Shown here piece after piece: positions 29,704-39,373 of a stretch of 64,000 nucleotides of DNA. Position 1 is the first letter of the stretch. Every line of letters begins with the position of its first letter. Location: assembly GCA_030754595.1 (NCBI GenBank), contig JASLZZ010000129.1, forward strand, positions 45,184 through 109,183. Reading direction: 5' to 3'. This stretch comes from Nitrospinota bacterium (GTDB lineage Bacteria; UBA8248). The notes under the pieces were generated by a model. The model ran no database searches. It was given only the letters and a program-made list of their open reading frames with translations, and was not told where the DNA came from. The translations under genes and the position numbers were made by a program.

Positions 29704-31014
29704 TCACCCCCCCGGTGGAGGAACGGGGACGGGCTTGAAGCTATCGACGGGCGCCTTTTCCCCGGAAGTCTGGATCTCGGGGGGCTCTTTTTTCTCGTCC
29801 CGCGGCTGGCTCCGGTAGGAGTTCCATTCCTTGAGCCTGAGCTCGAAGAGGGGCGGCGGGCGATCTTGTTCCCCCTCCGGCGATCTCCCCCGGATAGAGA
29901 AAACAAACGGCCGCCTCACCCCCGGCGCGAGCCAGTTGACCCGGTGGGTGGTCGTGCAGCAGCGCCTTCCCTTTTCGACCAGGACGGCCTCGAGAACCAG
30001 ATCGTAGGCAAAATCCGTATCGATGTTCAGAAGGGTCCCGCGTACCCGAAGGATGGCCTTGCACGCCCGGCAGCGGCGCGGGCGGTGGACCTCGATCTCG
30101 GCGTTCTTGATCTTCACCCACCGGGCCGCGCTCCGGCTCCGCTCCTTCCGCATCAAGGAAAGCGAGGCAAGGATTCGCCCCTTGTGGGGGGTGCCGGGAT
30201 AGCTCTCGAGAAAGCGCTCGAGGGCGGAGGCGCTCCCCGATCGCTCCGCCGAGCGGAGCACCTCCTCCTCGATTTGTCCGGCGACGATCCTCGCCTCGGG
30301 AGTCCCCTTGTAGCGCCGGAGAAACTCCCGGGCGTCGTCGATGTTTTTCCGGGTCATCACGCGATTGAAGCTGGCCTGGCGGAGCGCTTCCCTGGCCTCT
30401 GTCAGATACGGCGTTTCGGGGTTGTCGTGGATATAGCGCGAGAGGGTCAATTCGTTTCCGCTCGCCATCGCCCGGTCAAGCAACAACCGCTCGAGGCGCT
30501 GGGTCGCCGAGGCGGTCCACTCGCTTTTCGCCTTCCGGTGGCGCGCGATGAAGGCGCGGTAGGCGGCGATGGTGTCCTTCCCCTTCGCCAGCTTGTACTC
30601 CGCCCGCTGAAGCCTCTCCTGCGCCGAGGAGGCGAAGCGGCCCCTCGGATATTTTTCGAGAAACGCCTGGAGCTTTTCCGCCTCCATCCGGGAGATGGCG
30701 TCGTAGTAGGAGAGCCGCTCGGACAGGAGGCGGGCGCGGCGGGCATGTTTTCCGGTCGGGCGCCGATCGAGGTAGGCGTTGTAGGCGGGAGCGGTGTGCA
30801 GCTCGACCGCCCTTTGAAAATCGCTGTCGTCCGCGAGGACATCCGCCGGAGAGCCCGCCGGAGCGGACTTGGGGGCCGCCGTCCTCTGCGCCCCCCCCGC
30901 CACGCCGCGGAGAGCGCCAAGCCGCCGGCCCAGTCCACAGGCGCTCAAAACGAGCGGCAAAAGAAAAAGGCAAACCGCCGCCCGTCGCGAAACACTCCGG
31001 CCACCGCCGCGCAT
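29704..31014 (-). CDS. Hypothetical lipoprotein with helical repeats
   Basis: Lipobox LSAC; about six A(Y/F)LxxYPxG-type repeats (AYLDRRPTG, AFLEKYPRG, RFLESYPGT). Confidence 0.7.
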   Translation of the reverse strand: MRGGGRSVSRRAAVCLFLLPLVLSACGLGRRLGALRGVAGGAQRTAAPKSAPAGSPADVLADDSDFQRAVELHTAPAYNAYLDRRPTGKHARRARLLSERLSYYDAISRMEAEKLQAFLEKYPRGRFASSAQERLQRAEYKLAKGKDTIAAYRAFIARHRKAKSEWTASATQRLERLLLDRAMASGNELTLSRYIHDNPETPYLTEAREALRQASFNRVMTRKNIDDAREFLRRYKGTPEARIVAGQIEEEVLRSAERSGSASALERFLESYPGTPHKGRILASLSLMRKERSRSAARWVKIKNAEIEVHRPRRCRACKAILRVRGTLLNIDTDFAYDLVLEAVLVEKGRRCCTTTHRVNWLAPGVRRPFVFSIRGRSPEGEQDRPPPLFELRLKEWNSYRSQPRDEKKEPPEIQTSGEKAPVDSFKPVPVPPPGG

Positions 31015-31076
31015 TCGAAATCTCCTTTTTAACGGTTATCCCGGCCGGACCCGGCGCGCCAGGACGCCCTGCCCGC

Positions 31077-31931
31077 CTAAACGGGCGGCCAGGGGTAGTT
31101 CCGGTACTCCTCGGGGAGGGGCAGCCGGGGCTGGTCCAAAAACGCCCGCACCCTCCTGCGAAACATATCAAACTCTTCACTGTCGATCAGGGAGCCCACC
31201 TCGCGGGCCAGCGGGCTAGCGCCGCCGTCGAGCAGCCGGTCGAGGCTCTTGAGATCGTCGATCAGCTTGCCGGGCAGCTCCCGGCCCGCGAAATCCCAGA
31301 TGACGGTCCTCAGCTTGGGCTCGGCGTGAAACGTCAGGCCATGGTCGATGCCCCAGACGCGGCCGTCGTCTCCCTTGAGGCAGTGCCCCCCCTTCCGATC
31401 GGTGTTGTTCACGATGAGATCGAACACCGCCAGCAGGAAAAGCTCGGGGCGACCCTCTTCGAGGAGGGAGAAATAGTTGGCCTTCTGGTCGTGGGCGACG
31501 AAAAGATGCATCGACCCCTCGCCGTGGGGGCCGTCGCGGATGACGGTGGGCGGAACCAGGTGCCAGCCGAGGGCCTCGCTGACCAGAAACGAGCACCGCT
31601 CGCGGCGGTGAAGGGTGCCGTAGGGAAAATCCCAGAGCGGGCGCTCGCCGCCGGCGGGCTTGTAGATTCCGAGAAAGCCGGTCTCCCCGCTCCGGAGCTG
31701 AACCACGAAGGTATAGTTCGAACCGTGGGGGACAAGTTCGCCCCCCTCGATTTCGGCGCGGGAAAGCATCTCCTCGATCCGCGCCGGCGTGAGGCGCAGT
31801 CTCTCCTCCCCGCTTTCGCCCCGAGGATTTTCGCCCGGAGAGCTTTCGACGTCTCCCCCCCCGGGGCAGCATCCCGGATCGGGGCCGGGTCTGAAAACCA
31901 TCTCAGCGGCCACATCGCCTGCCGCGGCCAC
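31077..31931 (-). CDS. SCO1664 family protein (PI3/4-kinase-like fold)
   Basis: GSNYTF, YKPAGGERPLWDFP, NTDRKGGH, IDHGLTF, KLRTVIWD and C-terminal PWPPV. Start uncertain. Confidence 0.88.
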   Translation of the reverse strand: MAAAGDVAAEMVFRPGPDPGCCPGGGDVESSPGENPRGESGEERLRLTPARIEEMLSRAEIEGGELVPHGSNYTFVVQLRSGETGFLGIYKPAGGERPLWDFPYGTLHRRERCSFLVSEALGWHLVPPTVIRDGPHGEGSMHLFVAHDQKANYFSLLEEGRPELFLLAVFDLIVNNTDRKGGHCLKGDDGRVWGIDHGLTFHAEPKLRTVIWDFAGRELPGKLIDDLKSLDRLLDGGASPLAREVGSLIDSEEFDMFRRRVRAFLDQPRLPLPEEYRNYPWPPV

Positions 31932-31963
31932 GCCGCCTGCCGGGGCCGAAAGCGGCTCGGGGA

Positions 31964-32560
31964 TTAATGCTTAAAGTGGCCATTCGAATTGGGATTGACC
32001 TTTCCGGCGGCGACAAGAGCCTGCCGGGAAACAGAATCCGTTCCCCTTCCCGATGCGCAGAGTTCGAGGCTCCGGTCCACGAAACCCACCGAGGCGCTCA
32101 CCTTGAGGGTGATCTGAAGCTTGGCCCGTGGCGGATTTTCCTCCTCGCCGGCCATACTCTCCATTCCTTCCTCCCCCTCGGAGAAGGTGGGGTCCTCCTC
32201 CTCCTCGAGCGCATCGTGGAAGAAAAGCGTGACATGCTCCGTGCCGGGGCCGAAGGCCAAGCCCAGGCGGCCCACCTTGAACTCGACCGCCTCGCGCGAG
32301 GATCCCTTGAGCATTCCTTCATCTTCCACGAAGGGAACGCCCGCCCCCTCGGCCCCCTCGCCCGCTTTCCAGGGCTCGCTCTCGAGGAGTTTCTTGATCG
32401 CCACCGAGAGGCCGTAAAGCTGTTCCTTCTCGATCCAGAGCGTGGCGGCCGCGGGCGGCGACCCGTCGATCAGGAGGCGGAACACCCGCTTCCCCGGAAC
32501 GCCCAGAGACTCGGGCTCGACCCCGTTCACCAAACCGAAATTATGCCGCGCCATTTCCAT
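31964..32560 (-). CDS. DUF3090 family protein
   Basis: GVPGKRVF, WIEKEQL, EFKVG, SGR and NGH; adjacent to the SCO1664 gene. Confidence 0.75.
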   Translation of the reverse strand: MEMARHNFGLVNGVEPESLGVPGKRVFRLLIDGSPPAAATLWIEKEQLYGLSVAIKKLLESEPWKAGEGAEGAGVPFVEDEGMLKGSSREAVEFKVGRLGLAFGPGTEHVTLFFHDALEEEEDPTFSEGEEGMESMAGEEENPPRAKLQITLKVSASVGFVDRSLELCASGRGTDSVSRQALVAAGKVNPNSNGHFKH

Positions 32561-32709
32561 CGTTTCGCGTGTCCTTTGGCTAAAACAAAAAATAAACCGG
32601 CAAAATGGCGGCCCGCGGGTTCTTTTCTCCCGGTCCGAGCCGCCCTATAATCCCCCCACCGGGAAGCGCGCCGCCCGCTCCAACGAACCGGATACCACAG
32701 GCCATTCAA

Positions 32710-32862
32710 ATGACCCAGTCCGAAAACACGCCAGACGAGAGAGATAGGGCCGGCCTGATGGAGTACTGCATCCTGGCCCTGATGATCGTCGTCGTGACCG
32801 TCACCGCCTGGACCCTCGTCGACAACGGCCTTCTCGACACCCTGACCAGCCTATTGAAATAG
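32710..32862 (+). CDS. Flp-type pilin-like small protein (50 aa)
   Basis: Charged leader, then AGLMEYCILALMIVVV: the EY pilin motif followed by a hydrophobic helix. Confidence 0.55.
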   Translation: MTQSENTPDERDRAGLMEYCILALMIVVVTVTAWTLVDNGLLDTLTSLLK

Positions 32863-32892
32863 CGCCGCCGCCTTCAATTCGGAACAAATCTT

Positions 32893-32930
32893 CCAGGCGC
32901 TTCATCTCCTCCCAGGCGCTTCATCTCCTC
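32893..32930. repeat. Perfect 19-bp tandem duplication
   Basis: ccaggcgcttcatctcctc at 32893-32911 and 32912-32930. Confidence 0.9.
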
Positions 32931-33220
32931 TGGAAGCTCACCGGGGCTGGGCCGCCGGGTGGGCCCGTCGGGCGGGATCATACCGGCGAAAATCCTCGTT
33001 TCGGACGGCAATCGGAAAATTTCGACACCTCCGCATACCACGCCTCGGCGGCGAACAAAAGGTCCGCCCCGCCTTGTCAAAGAACATCCGCCGGGCGATA
33101 TTCTCTCGACACCCCGATGCGGGCCGCCGGTGGGGCCGGCGGATTCGCCGCGCGCCTCCTTAGGCTCGCGGACGCGGGCATATTCTTCCACCATCCGGCT
33201 CTTATAAAGCGAGGACTCAA

Positions 33221-33988
33221 ATGGGAAATACCAAATTCGATTTTTCAGGGCAGGTGGCCGTCGTCACCGGCGCCGCCGTGGGCATCGGCCGGGGCGCGGC
33301 CGTGGCCTTCACCGAGGCCGGAGCGCGGGCCTACCTTCTCGACATCGACGATGAGAAAACCGAAAAGGCCGCCGAGGCGATCCGTGCCGCGGGCGGCGAG
33401 GCCACATTCCTTCACTGCGACATCACCGACTCGAAATCCGTTCAAGAGACATTCGACCGCATCGTCTCCGAGGCCGGGCGCATCGACATATTGCTGAATA
33501 ACGCCGGCGGCTTCACCTCACAACTCACCGTCGCCGAGACCACCGAGGAGGAATGGGACGCGGTCATCGACCGGAACCTCAAGGGCCTCTTCCTCTGTTC
33601 GCGGGCCGCCATCCCCACCCTCATGAAGCAAAAAAGCGGCCGGATCATCAACATGGGCTCCGCCGCCGGCCAGGTTTCGATAACCCGCTCCTCGCCCCCC
33701 TACTCGGCGGCCAAGGCGGGCGTCCACGCGATAACCCGGGTGATGGCGAACGAACTCGGAGAGCACAACATCACCGTCAACGCCATCGCCCCCGGCACCA
33801 CGGCGACCGACCGCGTCATCGCCCTCCGCAGCCCCGAGCAGAGAAAACAGATCGGGGCCATGTCGCCCCTCGGGCGAATCGGCGAGGTCGAGGACATGGT
33901 GGGCTGGATTCTCTTCCTCGCCTCGCCGGAGGCGGGCTACTACACGGGCCAGACAGTTTCGGTGAACGGCGGCCGCCACGCGGTCTGA
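33221..33988 (+). CDS. Short-chain dehydrogenase/reductase (FabG-like)
   Basis: TGAAVGIG, NNAG, YSAAK and NAIAPG. Confidence 0.93.
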   Translation: MGNTKFDFSGQVAVVTGAAVGIGRGAAVAFTEAGARAYLLDIDDEKTEKAAEAIRAAGGEATFLHCDITDSKSVQETFDRIVSEAGRIDILLNNAGGFTSQLTVAETTEEEWDAVIDRNLKGLFLCSRAAIPTLMKQKSGRIINMGSAAGQVSITRSSPPYSAAKAGVHAITRVMANELGEHNITVNAIAPGTTATDRVIALRSPEQRKQIGAMSPLGRIGEVEDMVGWILFLASPEAGYYTGQTVSVNGGRHAV

Positions 33989-34063
33989 TTTTTCCCCGGA
34001 CTTCCTTATCTCGGATATCCCAATGGGAAATCCGGGATTTGATCACTCCGGAGGGCGCGCGTT

Positions 34064-34687
34064 ATGAGCGACTATCTCGAATTCGACCCGGGCGCCATCG
34101 AGCGGCGCGAGGTCTATCGCCTGCTGACCGGCTCCGTCGTCCCCCGGCCCATCGGCTGGGCCTCGACCCGGAGCGCGGCGGGCGTCGACAACCTGGCTCC
34201 CTTCAGCTTTTTCACGGTGGTGTGCGTCGCGCCGCCGATGATCACCCTCACGATCGCCCACAACCCGGACGGAAGCAAGAAACACACCCTCCGGAACGCC
34301 GAGGAGACCGGCGAGTTCTGCGTCAACGTGGTCGATGTCGCCAACTGGAAGGAGATGGTTGACTCGGCGAACGGCCTACCCGAGGAGGAGAGCGAGTTCG
34401 ACGCCACCGGGCTGACCGCCATCCCCGGCGTCGGGACGGGCGCTCCCCGCGTGAAGGAGGCGCCCATTCATCTCGAGTGCAAGGTGGACCGGGTGCTCGA
34501 GCTGGGCCCCAACAAACATCCCCTGCTCTTCGGCGAGGTGGTCCGCTTCCACGTCCGGCCGGCCGTCATGGAGGGGAAGTACATCCGGATGGAAAAACTC
34601 GACCCCCTGGGCCGCCTGAACGGTATGTTCTACTCAACGACCGGGGAGATCCTAGAGCGCTCCTTTGACGACGGCCAGCCGAGGTAG
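34064..34687 (+). CDS. Flavin reductase family protein
   Basis: VVPRPIGW, NLAPFSFF and EFCVN. Confidence 0.9.
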   Translation: MSDYLEFDPGAIERREVYRLLTGSVVPRPIGWASTRSAAGVDNLAPFSFFTVVCVAPPMITLTIAHNPDGSKKHTLRNAEETGEFCVNVVDVANWKEMVDSANGLPEEESEFDATGLTAIPGVGTGAPRVKEAPIHLECKVDRVLELGPNKHPLLFGEVVRFHVRPAVMEGKYIRMEKLDPLGRLNGMFYSTTGEILERSFDDGQPR

Positions 34688-34775
34688 GCTCCGCAGGAGC
34701 CTCTCCGGCACCGGAGCCTTGTCGCAGCCGCGCCACGAATGGCGACCCCTACAACCCGCCCCGCTGGCGAATCCT

Positions 34776-34812
34776 GAAAAAAAACCAGCCGCTCGGCCTC
34801 GCCGGTTTTTTT
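34776..34812. terminator. Probable bidirectional terminator
   Basis: aaaaaaaacc...ccggttttttt between the convergent flavin reductase and copZ genes. Confidence 0.5.
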
Positions 34813-34869
34813 CCTCAATACTTCCCTGACCTCGCCCTCCCGCTCCGCGTCGATCGAGAGCGAGACCTG

Positions 34870-35076
34870 CTATCCGACCTCGAAGCCGGCCTCCTCGACC
34901 GCCTTCTCGAAATCCTTGACGCCGGCCGCGGCCTCGTCAAAGACCACCTCGGCGGTCTCCGCCGCGAGGTCCACCCTGGCCGAGTTGACGCCCGCGACCC
35001 CGCCCAGCGCGCCCTCAACGGCCGCCTGGCAGTGCTCGCAGGACATGCCCTTCACCTGAATCGTCATATTTCCCAT
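34870..35076 (-). CDS. copZ: Copper chaperone
   Basis: 68 aa HMA domain with GMSCEHC; downstream of copA. Confidence 0.92.
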   Translation of the reverse strand: MGNMTIQVKGMSCEHCQAAVEGALGGVAGVNSARVDLAAETAEVVFDEAAAGVKDFEKAVEEAGFEVG

Positions 35077-35104
35077 CCTCGAATCCTCCGAAACTCATTA
35101 ACAA

Positions 35105-37507
35105 TCACCGCTCCGGCCTCCACCGCCGGAGCAAAAGGGTGTTGCTCACCACAAACACCGAACTGAACGCCATCGCCGCGCCCGCCACCACCGGGCTCAG
35201 AACGCCCAGCGCCGCGAGGGGGATTCCCAAAACATTGTAGAAAAAAGCCCAGAAAAGATTTTGGCGGATCTTCCGGAGCGTCGCCCGCGACAATCGGACC
35301 GCGTCGGTGACGCCCATCAAATCCCCGCGCATCAGGGTGACGTCCGAGGCCTCCATCGCCACGTCCGTTCCCGTACCGACGGCGAAGCCAACGTCGGCCT
35401 CCGCAAGCGCGGGCGCGTCGTTGATTCCGTCGCCCACCATCCCGACCACTTTCCCCTGCCCGCGAAGCGCCTTCACCTTGGCCGCTTTCTCCTCGGGAAG
35501 AACCTCGGCTATGACGCCCGTTATCCCCGCCTGGGCGGCGATGGCTCCGGCCGTGCGGCGATTGTCCCCGGTCATCATGTAGACCTCGATCCCCATATCG
35601 AGAAAGGATTTCACGACCCCGGGCGAGGTGTCCTTGAGCGTATCCGCCACCGCCACGGCCCCTAAAATCTTTTTTTCGTCGGCGAGGAACATCACCGTCT
35701 TTCCGGCCTCCTCCATCGCCGCCACCTCGGGCGCGTGCTCGCCCGGCGAGAAGCCGCGCCCGTCCATGAGTTTCTCGTTGCCCAGCCAGAGCGTCCGGCC
35801 TTCGATCTTCACCTCGAGGCCCTGGCCCGGCACGGCCTGAAAATCCACAGCCGGAAGCAGCTCAACGCCCTCCCGCTTCCCCCGCGCCAGAATCGCCTCG
35901 CCGAGGGGGTGCTCGGAGCCCTGCTCGGCGCTCGCCGCGAGCTGGAGCAGACCGGGCGCATCGACCCCGCCGAACGAAACGATGTCGGTCACCTCGGGCT
36001 TGCCGTTCGTGAGGGTCCCTGTCTTGTCGAGAATGATGGCATCGAGCTTGTGGGCGGTCTCGAGCGATTCGCCCCCTTTGATGAGGATGCCCGCCTCGGC
36101 GCCCTTGCCTGTCCCGACCATGATGGCGGTCGGGGTGGCTAGCCCCAGCGCGCAGGGGCAGGCGATCACCAGCACGGCGACCGCGTTCACCAGGGCGGGC
36201 GCGAATCCGGCATAGGCGTACCAAAGCGCGAAGATCGCCGCCGCGACGGCGAGGACGGCGGGGACGAATATTCCCGAAATTTGATCGGCGAGGCGCTGAA
36301 TCGGGGCCTTTGAGCCCTGGGCTTCCTCGACCAGGCGGATGATCTGGGCCAGGACCGTGTCCTTGCCCACCTTCGTCGCCCGGAAGCGGACGGCGCCGTT
36401 TCCGTTGATCGTCGCTCCGGTCACCATGCCGCCCGGCCCCTTTTCCACCGGAATGCTCTCGCCGGTGATCATCGACTCGTCCACCGAGGTTTGGCCCTCT
36501 TCGATCTCGCCGTCCACCGGGAACTTCTCCCCCGGCCGGACCTGGACCAGATCGCCCTCGACCACCTGCTCGACGGGAATCTCGCGCTCCTCGCCTTCGC
36601 GCAGAACACGGGCGGTCTTCGACTGGAGGCCCATGAGCTTGCGGATGGCGTCCGAGGTGCGCCCCATCGCCCGGCTCTCGAGCACCTTGCCCAGGAGGAT
36701 CAGGGTGATGAGGACCGCCGGGGCCTCGTAGTAGACGAACATGGCGTCAAGGCCCAGCGCTGTCACCGTGAGGCTGTGGAAATATGCGGCCGAGGTGCCC
36801 AGCGCCACGAGGACATCCATGTTCGCTCCGCCTCCGCGCAGCGAGTGATAGGCCCTGCTGTAAAACCGCCAGCCCGCGATGAACTGCACCGGCGTCGCGA
36901 GGGCGAACTGCCACCAACGGGTAAGCTCCCAGGGCTCCCCGCCCGGGAGGTGTCCCCTCATCTGATAGAGCAGGGGCGCCGAGAGAAGCGCCGAGGCGGC
37001 GAGGATCCAGAGCTCTCGCCGGGCCGTCTTTTCGCGGGCGGCGCGCTCCGCCTCCTCTTCCCCCGCCGAGATCTCGTGGGCGGTGTAGCCCGTTTTCTCC
37101 ACCCGCGCGATCAGTTCCTCGGGCGAAGCCACCCCCGCCCGGTAGCGGACGAGCGCCCGCCCGGTAGCCAGGTTAACGGTGGCCGACACCACCCCCTCTA
37201 GCACATTGAGCCGCTTTTCGACCCACGCCGAGCAGGCGGCGCAGGTCATCCCGCCGACGGCGAGCTCGGCGGATTTTTCGGGCACCGTAAAACCCGTCTG
37301 GACGATGCGCTCGGCGATGCCCGAGGGGGTCACGGCCTCCGGGTCGTAGAGGACGCTGGCCCGCTCGGTGGCGAGGTTGACGCTGGCCTCGGAGACGCCC
37401 TCGAGGGCGCCGAGGCGCCGCTCCACCCGCGCCGAGCAGGAGGCGCAGGTCATCCCCCCCACCGGAATTTCGGTCTTGACGAGGTTTTTTTCGGCCACCT
37501 CTACCAT
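35105..37507 (-). CDS. copA: Cu(I)-translocating P1B-type ATPase
   Basis: Two GMTCxxC HMA domains, [26 protein letters not shown] and MxxSS. Confidence 0.96.
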   Translation of the reverse strand: MVEVAEKNLVKTEIPVGGMTCASCSARVERRLGALEGVSEASVNLATERASVLYDPEAVTPSGIAERIVQTGFTVPEKSAELAVGGMTCAACSAWVEKRLNVLEGVVSATVNLATGRALVRYRAGVASPEELIARVEKTGYTAHEISAGEEEAERAAREKTARRELWILAASALLSAPLLYQMRGHLPGGEPWELTRWWQFALATPVQFIAGWRFYSRAYHSLRGGGANMDVLVALGTSAAYFHSLTVTALGLDAMFVYYEAPAVLITLILLGKVLESRAMGRTSDAIRKLMGLQSKTARVLREGEEREIPVEQVVEGDLVQVRPGEKFPVDGEIEEGQTSVDESMITGESIPVEKGPGGMVTGATINGNGAVRFRATKVGKDTVLAQIIRLVEEAQGSKAPIQRLADQISGIFVPAVLAVAAAIFALWYAYAGFAPALVNAVAVLVIACPCALGLATPTAIMVGTGKGAEAGILIKGGESLETAHKLDAIILDKTGTLTNGKPEVTDIVSFGGVDAPGLLQLAASAEQGSEHPLGEAILARGKREGVELLPAVDFQAVPGQGLEVKIEGRTLWLGNEKLMDGRGFSPGEHAPEVAAMEEAGKTVMFLADEKKILGAVAVADTLKDTSPGVVKSFLDMGIEVYMMTGDNRRTAGAIAAQAGITGVIAEVLPEEKAAKVKALRGQGKVVGMVGDGINDAPALAEADVGFAVGTGTDVAMEASDVTLMRGDLMGVTDAVRLSRATLRKIRQNLFWAFFYNVLGIPLAALGVLSPVVAGAAMAFSSVFVVSNTLLLRRWRPER

Positions 37508-37547
37508 TTCATATCCACAATTAAAACAATTATATAAATAGCGTTAC

Positions 37548-38267
37548 TCAATGTTTTTTGTCGCCCTTATCCGCCCAGGGGAGATTTTCCACCGCCCGGC
37601 GGCAATCCAGCTCGAGAGCGCCCTGGTCAAGGGTGCTCCGGGCGATGATGTGGGCCCCCTGTATCTGGCCGAAAAACGAACGGGCGATCTCCCCGCTCTC
37701 CGCTTTGGCGTCGAGCGCCCCCTCGGCCTGGGCCTCGCGGACCATCCCCGCGATTCCCTCGATCACCCCCTCCCAGACTTCCTTGAGCCGGAGGCGGAAG
37801 TCCTCGTCAAGCCCGCTGAGCTCGAGCGAGAGCTTGCCGATCGGGCATCCGCAGCAGGGAGACTCCGCCCGGGGCATATGGGAGTAAAGAGCCGCCAGCC
37901 GCTCGAGTTTTCCGCGCCCGCTGGACCCGCCAGCTAGGCGGGACCCACCTCGCCGGCGGGTCACCTCCTTGAGAACGGGCTCGATGAAATTTCGGTGAAT
38001 GAGTTGCTCGTAGTGGTCGATGACGGCGAGGCCGAGGTTTTTTTTCGTTCGAAAGAAATAATAGAGGCTCCCCCTGTTCACCTCCACCTTCCGGGCCACT
38101 GTGTCGAGTGAGGTCCCCTGATAGCCCCGGAGATAGAACAGATCGGCCGCGGCGGCGACAATCTGATCACGCGTGCCGGGCGCCTCTTTTTTCTCAGCCT
38201 TCACAGCCGCCTTCACTTCCACCTTCGGTGGCACGGAAACATCCTCCCGGGAAGAAGGTAGGCTCAT
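37548..38267 (-). CDS. TetR/AcrR family regulator (NemR/LmrA-like C-terminus)
   Basis: AADLFYLRGYQGTSLD...GSLYYFFRTK HTH; CCGCPIG in the C-domain. Confidence 0.9.
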   Translation of the reverse strand: MSLPSSREDVSVPPKVEVKAAVKAEKKEAPGTRDQIVAAAADLFYLRGYQGTSLDTVARKVEVNRGSLYYFFRTKKNLGLAVIDHYEQLIHRNFIEPVLKEVTRRRGGSRLAGGSSGRGKLERLAALYSHMPRAESPCCGCPIGKLSLELSGLDEDFRLRLKEVWEGVIEGIAGMVREAQAEGALDAKAESGEIARSFFGQIQGAHIIARSTLDQGALELDCRRAVENLPWADKGDKKH

Positions 38268-38362
38268 TTAGTTAGTTAGTCAACTAAGTGTTTCGACGAT
38301 AAATATTTACGAAATTTATCTCTTTGTTAACAATCAGATAGACCAGGTAAGCAATAAATTTT

Positions 38363-39310
38363 CTAGGGTAAATCCTCACACAGAGCGCCCAGGTGGGCCC
38401 CCACGGAGGAGGCCAGCGCATCGAGATTATACCCCCCCTCGAGTAGGCTGACGATGCGGCCCTCGCACACCTCGGCGGCCACTCCCATTGACACCCGGGT
38501 CATCCGGGCGAAGGACCCGCTCGTCAACCGGAGCCCGCCCAGCGGGTCGCCCCGGTGGGCGTCAAAGCCGGCCGAGATGATGAGAAACTCGGGGGCAAAG
38601 CCCCGGAGAGCGGCGGCCGCCTCCTCCTCGAAGCGCGCGAGGTAGGCGTACTCGGGCGTTCCCGGAGAAAACGTCAGGTTCAGCGTCGCCCCCAGCCCTT
38701 CGCCCTCGCCCCGCTCGTCCTCTAGCCCGCTTCCCGGATAAAGGGGGTGCTGGTGGAGGGAGACGAAGAAAACCTCTGGATCCTCCCAGAAGACATGCTG
38801 CGTCCCGTTCCCGTGGTGGACGTCCCAGTCCAGGACGGCCACCCGGCGCAGCCCGTGTTGTTCCTGAATATAGCGGACGAGAATCGATGCGGTGGCGAAG
38901 AGACAAAACCCCATGGACTGAAACGGCAGGGCGTGGTGGCCGGGCGGGCGCATCGCGCAGAAGGCCGCCGGGTAGAGGCCGCCCGCCACCTCGTCCGCCG
39001 CCGTCAGCGCCGCGTCCACCGCCCTCAGCGCGGCCGGGTAGCTTCCCTCGCTGATCCGCGTGTCCCCCCCGTCGAGCGCCCGGAAACCATGCTCATGGGC
39101 AGTGCGGACGAAGTCGTGGTGCCCGGTCTCGTGGACACGGAGGACCCAGTCCGCCGCGCCGTGCGGAACGATTGGCCTGTGCGCCAGCCTGGGCGCGCGC
39201 TCGCGCATTTTTTCGGGGTGAAGGCGCTCGGCCCGCTCGATGCACTCGACGTGGCGGCCGGTGCCGTGGTCGAGCGATGACTCATCCCAGAAATAGGCGA
39301 TTTGGGCCAA
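38363..39310 (-). CDS. Histone deacetylase family amidohydrolase
   Basis: RPPGHHA, GFC, DWDVHHGNGT, SAGFDAH and LEGGY. Confidence 0.93.
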   Translation of the reverse strand: MAQIAYFWDESSLDHGTGRHVECIERAERLHPEKMRERAPRLAHRPIVPHGAADWVLRVHETGHHDFVRTAHEHGFRALDGGDTRISEGSYPAALRAVDAALTAADEVAGGLYPAAFCAMRPPGHHALPFQSMGFCLFATASILVRYIQEQHGLRRVAVLDWDVHHGNGTQHVFWEDPEVFFVSLHQHPLYPGSGLEDERGEGEGLGATLNLTFSPGTPEYAYLARFEEEAAAALRGFAPEFLIISAGFDAHRGDPLGGLRLTSGSFARMTRVSMGVAAEVCEGRIVSLLEGGYNLDALASSVGAHLGALCEDLP

Positions 39311-39373
39311 AAAACGCTCCAGCGGGCGGCGAGCCCTCTGAGGGCGGCGGGTCCTGCGGGCAGCGGCGCGAAC

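Noticed and set aside
38339..38354. TAGACC half of a NemR-like operator
   Set aside because: The second half-site (GGTCTA) is absent.
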